Source of the DNA: an uncultured archaeon | GTDB taxonomy: Archaea; Asgardarchaeota; Lokiarchaeia; Sigyniarchaeales; SOKP01 | Reading direction: 5' to 3' | DNA length: 15,297 nucleotides | Assembly: GCA_964447495.1 (NCBI GenBank) | Contig: CAYUTF010000079.1 | Span: forward strand, 1-15,297 | Shown here: positions 1-7,131 of the stretch, piece after piece | Numbering within the stretch: position 1 is the stretch's first letter | Layout of the letters: the number at the start of each line of letters is the position of its first letter | Notes under the pieces: generated by a model | What the model was told of the DNA's origin: nothing | Databases searched by the model: none | What the model saw: only the letters and a program-made list of their open reading frames with translations | Program-made: the position numbers and the translations under genes

Positions 1-78
1 ATAACCTGAACAACGACCTAGCTTTCTGCCTGTTTTAGCTCCTTTTCCATCAGGTCCAGTTCCATCTCCACCTGGCAT
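1..78 (-). CDS. DUF5320-family small Gly-rich protein, 5' part only (runs off the left edge)
   Basis: Manual translation from ATG at 78: MPGGDGTGPDGKGAKTGRKLGRCSGY, matching the family's MPxGDGTGPxGxGxxTGRxxGxC N-terminus. SD-like AAAGGAGA lies about 10 nt upstream. Not in the ORF track. Confidence 0.85.
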   Translation of the reverse strand, partial: MPGGDGTGPDGKGAKTGRKLGRCSGY

Positions 79-142
79 ATCCTATCATCTCCTTTTTATT
101 TAATTAATTTATTTTTATCTATAATAGTAATGGAGAATAGGT

Positions 143-174
143 TATATAAATATTATGAATAATAATTCAAAATA
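143..174 (-). promoter_or_regulatory. TATA box plus adjacent palindromic operator of the DUF5320 gene
   Basis: Minus-strand TTTATATA at 150-143. Immediately upstream is the inverted repeat TATTATGAAT-aata-ATTCAAAATA (151-174, 9/10 arm match). Confidence 0.5.
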
Positions 175-279
175 AACTGCATATAATGATTATAATTCAT
201 AACTTAGTCTTGATTTCATCACATAAAGGAATCTAATATTTATGTGTAGTTTAAATAGCTTATATTAATATGACTTATC

Positions 280-374
280 GAAAACAATTATATTTCTTTA
301 TTATTTGCCTTACCCATCATAAATAGCTAATTGTTTTCATTTGGAAGTAAGGCATTTCTTACTTCCACCTCCTT
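280..374 (-). other. Putative structured RNA / leader element with SD and 12-codon ORF (MPYFQMKTISYL, 355-317)
   Basis: AAGGAGGTGG (374-365) lies 9 nt before ATG 355. Perfect 10-bp stem 342-351/358-367; perfect 11-bp stem 280-290/328-338; alternative 11-bp bulged pairing 306-316/342-354. Confidence 0.4.
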
Positions 375-517
375 ATTAGAGTTAATTGTGTAAAATCACA
401 TGCTCCTATAAAAATTGATAGGTTATATTACAAAGAAATAAATTAATGAAAAGTTTTTTAATACATAAAAAGAATAATATAGCGAATCGCTTAAAATAAC
501 ATATTCCAAAAACATCT

Positions 518-1939
518 ATGAGTGTTGAAGAGAAGTTCAATTCGGGTTTACAGAAAATAAAAGAGATATATCTATTTTTAACAGAAGGTAATCCGTCCCC
601 TGATGATGAAATTGAAGCAAGAGAGCAAATGATAGCTTCATTTAACAATTTGAAGACTATAAATCCTTCTTCAAAACTCATAGATAGAATAGAAAAAATT
701 CTTAATGATTTACGAAATTGGGATTCACTTGAGTTATGGTTTTCAGAAACCACTTTACTTAATGATGTAAAGGATATTTTAGGTCTTCCAGACAAAGAGA
801 AGTTTGAAAGCGGTGAATCTACGGACATAGAACCTGAACTACTAGAAGAAAAAAAAATTTCAGAACCAGATATAGATTTAACAGACATTTTTACTAAAGT
901 CTCTGATCAATTTAAGGATGAAATAGACAATTTAAAAGGAAAAATTGAAGATCTTAAGAAAGAGTTAGAAAATAAAAATCAGACATTAAAATCAGTCAGA
1001 GAAACAAAAAAAGTTAAAAAAATAACTCCAAAGAGAGATGTGAAACTACCCCCACCAATAATTAGAATTCCAGTTATCAAAAAATCCGTTCCTCCTACTC
1101 ATACCAGTCCGACCATTAAACCTGAATTGATTTCAGAATCAGAACCACCAAAAAATATAGATATTAAACTAAAGCCAATTACTCCTAAATTTAGTGATCC
1201 TAATAAAACATTGACGCCGATTCCCACAAAAACTATTTCTAATAATACACAAGAGGAGCATCAAATATTGTCTCCAATCCCTGCTGATAATTCTGAGTTA
1301 ATATTTGGAGAAAATCAAATACCTAAGGAAAAACCTATAAGATCGGAAAAAAGGAGGATCATACCAATAGTTACAGAAGAAGTAGAACAACCTACTGAAT
1401 TACCAATAATTCCAGAAGAGGAGAAAATTCCATTTAAACTAGAAAAACCATTTATTTCCTCGGTTAAAATTGAAGAAGTTGAATCAGAATCAATAAAATC
1501 AAGTGGAACAGATTTGTTTAACGTATTTTCTTCAGTAGGAGGGAAAGAAGATCGAAAGAAGACCGAACCAAAGAAACATTCGGAACCAAAATTAAGTACA
1601 CTTCCCCCCAAAATGAATCAGATCGAAAAGAAACCAAACGAAGAAACCAAACCCGCTGTTTTCATAGATTTTACTGGCTCAAAAGAAGCGGAAAAGACTC
1701 CAAAATTTACATCTGGAGAGGAACTTTCAGATAATAAAGATACTTTATATCAAGAATTAATCGCTCTTGAAGGAAGACGATATTCTTTAGAAAAGAATTT
1801 TAAAGAATTAGATAAGCTCTATAATAAGGGTTCTATTGCAGATGCTCAGTATAAGAATGAAAGTGATTCTCTTAAAAATAAATTAGGCGAAATTACATCG
1901 CGAATTTATAAGATTAGAAGGATAATTTCAAGTTTATAA
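518..1939 (+). CDS. Hypothetical protein: N-terminal helical domain, coiled coil, long Pro/Glu/Lys-rich disordered linker, C-terminal helical hairpin (ESCRT-I core/SHOCT-like)
   Basis: 473-aa ORF. Heptads FKDEIDNLKGKIEDLKKELENKNQTL, Pro-rich middle (KLPPPIIRIP, LTPIP, LSPIP, LPIIP), C-terminal LYQELIALE...ELDKLYNKGSIADAQYKNESDSLKNKL. A-rich BRE-like run plus T/A box near 448-463. Confidence 0.85.
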   Translation: MSVEEKFNSGLQKIKEIYLFLTEGNPSPDDEIEAREQMIASFNNLKTINPSSKLIDRIEKILNDLRNWDSLELWFSETTLLNDVKDILGLPDKEKFESGESTDIEPELLEEKKISEPDIDLTDIFTKVSDQFKDEIDNLKGKIEDLKKELENKNQTLKSVRETKKVKKITPKRDVKLPPPIIRIPVIKKSVPPTHTSPTIKPELISESEPPKNIDIKLKPITPKFSDPNKTLTPIPTKTISNNTQEEHQILSPIPADNSELIFGENQIPKEKPIRSEKRRIIPIVTEEVEQPTELPIIPEEEKIPFKLEKPFISSVKIEEVESESIKSSGTDLFNVFSSVGGKEDRKKTEPKKHSEPKLSTLPPKMNQIEKKPNEETKPAVFIDFTGSKEAEKTPKFTSGEELSDNKDTLYQELIALEGRRYSLEKNFKELDKLYNKGSIADAQYKNESDSLKNKLGEITSRIYKIRRIISSL

Positions 1940-1955
1940 CTTAAGCTTTATACTC

Positions 1956-2714
1956 TTATTCTACTACATAATAAGGCGGTACTTTTAATTTATGTTCTGA
2001 TATTCGCATTAAATACTTAACTCGTTCAATCTCTTCTCTTTTTAACCCGTTAAAATCCAAATTATTATCGATTCTATACAGTATTTCATCGATTGTGTCA
2101 TATAATAACCCTATTTCACCCTCATCAGTCTGCCCCGGCCATAAACCGGGAGAGGGTGCTTTCGTTATTATTTTATCTGGAATATTGAGCACTTTCGCAA
2201 CTGCTCTTACTTCAGATTTATAAAGCGTTCCAAGTGGTTCAAAATCTACGCCACCATCACCATATTTCGTAAAATATCCTATTGCGAGCTCTGCTCGATT
2301 GCCTGTACCTGCTACAAGACAATTACCTTTAGATTGAGCAATAAAATATAAAGTCACCATTCTTAATCTCGCTTTTAAATTAGCTTTGGCAACTTTCTGA
2401 TCCTCAGTTATATTTGATAATTGTCTTAAAAACTCTTGATAAACCGGAGTCAGATCAATGAGTTCATATCTAATACCTAAAAATTCCGCCACCATTTTCG
2501 CATCCTCTATGTCACTTGAAATTGATTCACAAGGCATTAGTAAACCGAATACATTTTCTTTACCAAGAGCTTTTACTGATAAAGCAGCAGTTACCGCACT
2601 ATCAATTCCTCCACTCAAGCCTACAACTACTTTATCTGCCTTAGCACTAATTACATATTCTTTAATCCAATTTTGAATATTATCCCTCAGTTTTCCAATG
2701 TCTAACTCTCGCAT
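1956..2714 (-). CDS. nadE: NH3-dependent NAD+ synthetase
   Basis: PP-loop VVGLSGGIDSAV, ANLKARLRM, GTGNRAE, GYFTKYGDGGVD, LYKSEV, APSPGLWPGQTDEGEIG. 252 aa with no nitrilase/glutaminase domain. Confidence 0.97.
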   Translation of the reverse strand: MRELDIGKLRDNIQNWIKEYVISAKADKVVVGLSGGIDSAVTAALSVKALGKENVFGLLMPCESISSDIEDAKMVAEFLGIRYELIDLTPVYQEFLRQLSNITEDQKVAKANLKARLRMVTLYFIAQSKGNCLVAGTGNRAELAIGYFTKYGDGGVDFEPLGTLYKSEVRAVAKVLNIPDKIITKAPSPGLWPGQTDEGEIGLLYDTIDEILYRIDNNLDFNGLKREEIERVKYLMRISEHKLKVPPYYVVE

Positions 2715-2869
2715 AAATAGAATTATTCTCCTTTCTATTAATAGTTGATTTTTATATCTTTTGAAAAGATAAGATTAAAATAAGAAATCTAAAATTATTA
2801 AAATATCAAATATTAGTTTCATTATATTAGTAAAGATTATTTATATGAATTTTAAATTATTGATTTAGC

Positions 2870-3286
2870 ATGAGTGAAGAATTCAAAGGTATAGTTGATT
2901 CATCATTTGATAATGGAACTCCAATTTGGCTTTATACGTCAGATTATATTTTTGGAATGGTTCCTGCGGATGCAAGTTGTAGTAGATGGAAAGAAGTATC
3001 CTTTACATTTGAAGAAAGTGATGATCCTCTTTTAATAACAGAGAGAGACGCTGAATTATCCTTTCAGTTCCTTCTGGAGGAGGTTGAAAAAGGAGTTTCT
3101 TTTTATGTTGATGATTTAAAAGTTCCACTGATCAAAGAATTCACGTATTCTCTTGAAGGAAAATCGGGAACAGAGAAAATGAACTCTTTAATATCAGAAT
3201 TGATTAATAACTCTTCAAAGTATTCAAATGCTCTTCCTATAGTGAAAAATAAGGACGATCTTGCAATTTTGAAAAGTAAAGTATGA
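2870..3286 (+). CDS. Hypothetical protein (138 aa, acidic, soluble)
   Basis: Clean ORF divergent from nadE. TATA-like TTTATATG at 2840-2847 about 23 nt before the ATG suggests a leaderless transcript. No motif recognised. Confidence 0.8.
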   Translation: MSEEFKGIVDSSFDNGTPIWLYTSDYIFGMVPADASCSRWKEVSFTFEESDDPLLITERDAELSFQFLLEEVEKGVSFYVDDLKVPLIKEFTYSLEGKSGTEKMNSLISELINNSSKYSNALPIVKNKDDLAILKSKV

Positions 3287-3330
3287 TCAATTTAACATTT
3301 ATACAGTTGGAAAACTTGAAAAAATTTTAT

Positions 3331-3822
3331 CTAAATATATAAGTTCTTTCGCTGTGGATACTTTTTGTTAAATTCCTCATCCACTTTTTTTGCCATCTGA
3401 TATGCAATATTCGGCTCGCGATCTTTGATTACTTTCTTTAAATAATTGCCATGTTCTTGCGAATACTTCTCAATTCCTGCAGCCATGATATTTTGATCTT
3501 TCTTAATAGGTACAATCATTCCAAAAAGACGAAGCATGGTATTAGGTGACAATTTTTTCCCTATTGTATCATCAATATCTTTATCGATATTTCTTACCAC
3601 AGAACCCATAGTTAGAGATGAATAAGGACTCAACATTTTAGATTTTAACCAATAAGCATCCGGTTTTTTTGTAATGAAGGTATCTAAATTTCCGTCATTA
3701 TCATTCGAGCTAATTACCCTCCAGTCTTTCGAATCTTTATCATAATCTTTTTTAATTCTCTTCATGACCGATTTTACTGGAGCAACTCCGTAATAATCCT
3801 TTTTTTCATCCTTATTTACCAT
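3331..3822 (-). CDS. Conserved-looking archaeal hypothetical protein (163 aa; start moved to MVNKDEKK)
   Basis: The track's first 18 residues (MIIFFIFLYLYLLYIYRA) translate the AT-rich promoter. ATG at 3822 has TTTATAT boxes about 25-35 nt upstream. The core DWRV...GNLDTF...YWLKSKMLSPY...MGSVVRNIDKDI resembles, from memory, an uncharacterised euryarchaeal family. Confidence 0.75.
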   Translation of the reverse strand: MVNKDEKKDYYGVAPVKSVMKRIKKDYDKDSKDWRVISSNDNDGNLDTFITKKPDAYWLKSKMLSPYSSLTMGSVVRNIDKDIDDTIGKKLSPNTMLRLFGMIVPIKKDQNIMAAGIEKYSQEHGNYLKKVIKDREPNIAYQMAKKVDEEFNKKYPQRKNLYI

Positions 3823-3959
3823 GGCTCTATATATATAAAGTAAATATAAATATAAAAAGATAAAGAATATAATCAATAAAAGTCTGGATTTTAAAACAAT
3901 AAAAATAGTAAAAGAAAATTTTATAAAATAGATTATAAAGCGCCTCCCTTTAAATTATA

Positions 3960-5792
3960 ATGGTTAAGGAACTAAATTACTCTCATATTGATGAGTTATA
4001 TAAAAATATTCAAGATATTCTAATTGTAAGAGATAAGAGTCAATTTCAATCTTATTTAAATAAAATTAATTTGTTAGAAGAAAATTTTATTCAATCTTAC
4101 ACAAAAAGAAAGAAGGAAGGCGGGTTCTATACTACAGATAAAATTTCTCAGTTTATATTCTCAGAAGTCTTATCTTTTCCAATCAATAAGAATTTTAAAG
4201 CCCTACATATTAATACTCTCAATGAATTAGCAAACTTAAAATTAGAAGATACGGTAAATCTTTTTCCTTTTTTACTAAATCTAACAGTATGTGATCCTGC
4301 CTGTGGTTCGGGAGTTTTTCTCGTCAATGCTGCAGAAACTCTGTATACGTTATTATTAAAGTTTAAAAGACAATCAGATCCTACAAAACTAACTAAACAA
4401 ATCCTCGAAAATATTTTTGGTCTTGATATCAACGAACAAGCAATAAAATTATGCAGACTAAAGCTGCTTAAATGGTTTTATGAAAAAAACCAAAATCATT
4501 CTGATCTAGATGCAATATTAAAAGTGCTTGAATCTAATATAAAAATCGCCGATAGTTTGACCTGGAAATTTTCTCATAATTTTGATATTGTTATAGGAAA
4601 CCCTCCTTACGGTAATATTTTAAGCCAAAGTCAGAAGAAAAAATTAAAACAAGAAGGTGTTTTTTATAATGAAATTTATTGTGCTTTCTTATTGAAAGCA
4701 ATAGACTGGTCAAATGGAACGATAGGTTTCATAATTCCTAAAAGCTTTCTTTTACGTCAAAGTTATATTACCTTTAGATATAATGTTTTAAAAAAAGCTA
4801 ATTTACTTAGAATTTATGATGTCGGCCCCAATATGTTTAAAAATGCGACAAATGAAGTCCAAATATTGATATACGAGAAGAAGGATTCCCGCTTAAAAAA
4901 TTTGGAAATTTATAATAGTTCTGGGATGAAAATACTTACTTATCCGAATCAAAAATTTGATTTACTTAATATTTGTAAGAATCCAACCTGTCCACTTTAT
5001 AATAAACCAAGAAAAATTTATGTATATGCTTTTAAACCAAATTGTCCTTATTGCAATTTTAAAATGGAACCTATGAATAGAATTAGAATGAAGGTAAATT
5101 CTTTTTTGTTTCCACTCATTGAAAGAATAGAAGAAAAGGGAAATCTAAATTATTTAAACGTCCAAAATTTTCCTAAAATGATTCGTGGAGAAGAAGCTAA
5201 AGGTTTAGTGGCTGTAAAACAACTTCTTAAAGATCAGTTAAAGGGATCGTGCATCTTTCTCAATGCGAAAAATGATTTCATGAATTACCACTATAAAAGG
5301 AACAAATTTTTTGATATTGAAAAAATCAAACCAGAAAAATTAAAGGGGACTAATTATGAATATTATAATAAACCAAAGTTGCTTATTAAACACAATAACA
5401 CTTATCCAGCGGCAGTTTATACCGAGGAATGTGTTTGTTTCACCTCCTCCATTTATTCGCTGCTCCATGATGACAAGCAAGAACTAAAATTTCTCTGTGC
5501 GTTATTAAATTCTTCAATAATTAAGTTTTATTGCATATATGGTATTAATAACCAAATAAATACAACTATAAACCTAAATCAATATATGATACGGCATCTG
5601 CCTGTAATTGAGCCTAATAATGAAATTAAGCATTTTATATCTTCAAAAGTAGATTTAATAATTAATCTATTCGAACAAGAAAAGTATAATGAACAAGAGA
5701 TAGTAGATATACAAAAAGAACTTGATGATATTTTGTTTCAACTCTATTTAATTACCAAAAAAGAAAAAGACTTAATTCTTAAGAGTATCTAA
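3960..5792 (+). CDS. N6-adenine DNA methyltransferase, gamma class (Eco57I/TaqI-like MTase domain plus TaqI-C-like TRD), apparently orphan
   Basis: Motif X GGFYT, motif I VCDPACGSGVFL, motif II IFGLDIN, motif III IADSL, motif IV FDIVIGNPPY, GFIIPKSFL, FKNA. C-terminal KPKLLIKH...LKFLCALLNSSII...LPVI...ELDDILFQLY. No N-terminal PD-(D/E)XK nuclease region. Confidence 0.92.
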   Translation: MVKELNYSHIDELYKNIQDILIVRDKSQFQSYLNKINLLEENFIQSYTKRKKEGGFYTTDKISQFIFSEVLSFPINKNFKALHINTLNELANLKLEDTVNLFPFLLNLTVCDPACGSGVFLVNAAETLYTLLLKFKRQSDPTKLTKQILENIFGLDINEQAIKLCRLKLLKWFYEKNQNHSDLDAILKVLESNIKIADSLTWKFSHNFDIVIGNPPYGNILSQSQKKKLKQEGVFYNEIYCAFLLKAIDWSNGTIGFIIPKSFLLRQSYITFRYNVLKKANLLRIYDVGPNMFKNATNEVQILIYEKKDSRLKNLEIYNSSGMKILTYPNQKFDLLNICKNPTCPLYNKPRKIYVYAFKPNCPYCNFKMEPMNRIRMKVNSFLFPLIERIEEKGNLNYLNVQNFPKMIRGEEAKGLVAVKQLLKDQLKGSCIFLNAKNDFMNYHYKRNKFFDIEKIKPEKLKGTNYEYYNKPKLLIKHNNTYPAAVYTEECVCFTSSIYSLLHDDKQELKFLCALLNSSIIKFYCIYGINNQINTTINLNQYMIRHLPVIEPNNEIKHFISSKVDLIINLFEQEKYNEQEIVDIQKELDDILFQLYLITKKEKDLILKSI

Positions 5793-6801
5793 GAGTAAAT
5801 TTGCAGGATTGATCTCCTAATCCTATAGATGATTCTTTGGTTACAATAATTCGGTTATTATAATCTTTAATTACAGGATTCAAAAAGTTTGCACACATTT
5901 TTTCGCATATCGAAGCAATATATCCTTTTCTTTCAGAATTTCTTTCCATACTTTCAACATAAGGGCATTTAACTATATTGATCGTAATATGAGCATTATT
6001 AATTCTGTGGATCTCATGCAAATTGCCCTCACAATTCCAAATAAATGAAAGAATTTCAGCTAAATTATCTAATGAATGTTCTTGGATTTTGAGATATTTT
6101 ATCACTCGTCGAAAAATTATTTTATATAATTCTTGCCATACTATCGTATCTATTTGTAATGTAGTCTCCCATCCTAATTCCTCATGCGTTTCAATTACCC
6201 ATAATCCATCTAAAGTTCTGAAATTTTTTTCAAAGTAAAAAAGTTTGTCGCTATCAGTTAATTTCTTTGGAAAAAGCTCTTTTTCATTAGTATTTATATC
6301 AATCAAGCCCTCCTTCTGATAAGAGAATGAAAAACTACATACCTCATCTCCTAAACCCATAAACTTTCTTCTAGTAAGATTTATCCGAGAATTAAAATTA
6401 TTTACAATTCCTTTATAGAAAGGTATACACATATCTCTACAAATTAAGAGGATTTTATCACGTCTCTCGGGATTGCGCTCCATAGTAGATTTATAGGGAC
6501 AACTTTGGATTAAAACAGTATACTCATTCTCCTTCTTGAAAATCTTAAATTTCCAACCTTCAGCAGACCAACGAAAAGTTAAAATTTCTATTAACTCCTC
6601 AATACCCTTCTCTCGAATATTTAAATATTTCTTTAATCGTCTTATGATAATTTCTAGGAGTTTAACCCATACTTTCGAATCAATTTTTAACGCAATTTCC
6701 CAATTACTCTTATCTTCGAGGTGGATCATCCATAATCCATCGAGGGTAAAAAATGATCTTTCAAAAAAAAACAATTTATCCTTTTCACTTACTTTTCTCA
6801 T
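5779..6801 (-). CDS. Tandem two-domain DUF6125 / V4R- or ATC-hydrolase-like protein with 4 Cys per repeat
   Basis: Internal duplication: DKLFFFERSFFTLDGLW vs DKLFYFEKNFRTLDGLW; CPYKSTMERNPER..ICRDMC vs CPYVESMERNSER..ICEKMC; GLGDEVCSF vs GLGDQSCKF. Overlaps the convergent MTase by 14 bp. Confidence 0.75.
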   Translation of the reverse strand: MRKVSEKDKLFFFERSFFTLDGLWMIHLEDKSNWEIALKIDSKVWVKLLEIIIRRLKKYLNIREKGIEELIEILTFRWSAEGWKFKIFKKENEYTVLIQSCPYKSTMERNPERRDKILLICRDMCIPFYKGIVNNFNSRINLTRRKFMGLGDEVCSFSFSYQKEGLIDINTNEKELFPKKLTDSDKLFYFEKNFRTLDGLWVIETHEELGWETTLQIDTIVWQELYKIIFRRVIKYLKIQEHSLDNLAEILSFIWNCEGNLHEIHRINNAHITINIVKCPYVESMERNSERKGYIASICEKMCANFLNPVIKDYNNRIIVTKESSIGLGDQSCKFTLRYS

Positions 6802-7007
6802 CTTAGATACTTTTTGATATAAATTAAAATTAAATAGGAAAATGTATTCAAATTATTAATTTTTAATCTATTCCTAATTAGGATATAATTGATAATCTCT
6901 CTACCTTTTTCTCATTCCTTATAAGCCAAATAAAATTAATCATTGAATAAAATATATAAGAATTACTCATTCTTAAATCTTGGAACAAATTTTAATTATT
7001 CATAACT

Positions 7008-7052
7008 TTTAAATAGAAGTTTAGATTAATATAATTAGGAACACCTAATTAT
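7008..7052 (+). promoter_or_regulatory. zupT promoter (TATA TTTAAATA 7008-7015) with DtxR/MntR/SirR-type operator
   Basis: Perfect inverted repeat ATAATTAGG-aaca-CCTAATTAT (7031-7052). Its core TTAGG-N4-CCTAA lies over the expected start site about 25 nt after the TATA box, upstream of a metal importer. Confidence 0.7.
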
Positions 7053-7131
7053 TTCTTTTTGGAATGATAAAATTTAGTATTAAAAAATGGTAAGTTATTA
7101 AAATCTCAATAATTTATCTATTAAAATTAGT

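Noticed and set aside
167-222. Possible C/D box sRNA on the minus strand (GTGATGA box C)
   Set aside because: No CTGA box D at a suitable distance, only degenerate TTGA/ATGA; likely chance.
275-355. Selenocysteine read-through of the leader ORF's TGA (MPYFQMKTISYL-U-WVRQIIKKYNCFR)
   Set aside because: The product would be only 26 aa, has no redox motif or selenoprotein resemblance, and I see no convincing SECIS downstream.
387-400. CRP-like dyad TGTG-taaaat-CACA
   Set aside because: Only 4-bp arms, spacing does not match TGTGA-N6-TCACA, and the context is archaeal.
406-1611. Track ORFs 406-888 and 1315-1611 (minus)
   Set aside because: Ser/Phe-rich antisense shadows of the Glu/Lys-rich 473-aa gene.
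3823-3876. Hydrophobic N-terminal signal/TM on the 181-aa track ORF
   Set aside because: Artefact of translating the AT-rich promoter from an upstream TTG; ATG 3822 is the better start.
3331-6801. Complete restriction-modification or defence island around the MTase
   Set aside because: No recognisable nuclease, helicase, specificity subunit, integrase or boundary repeats; the flanks look like ordinary chromosomal genes.
195-7008. Shared 11-mer ATTCATAACTT at 195-205 and 6998-7008
   Set aside because: AT-rich word with different positions relative to the promoters; plausible by chance.
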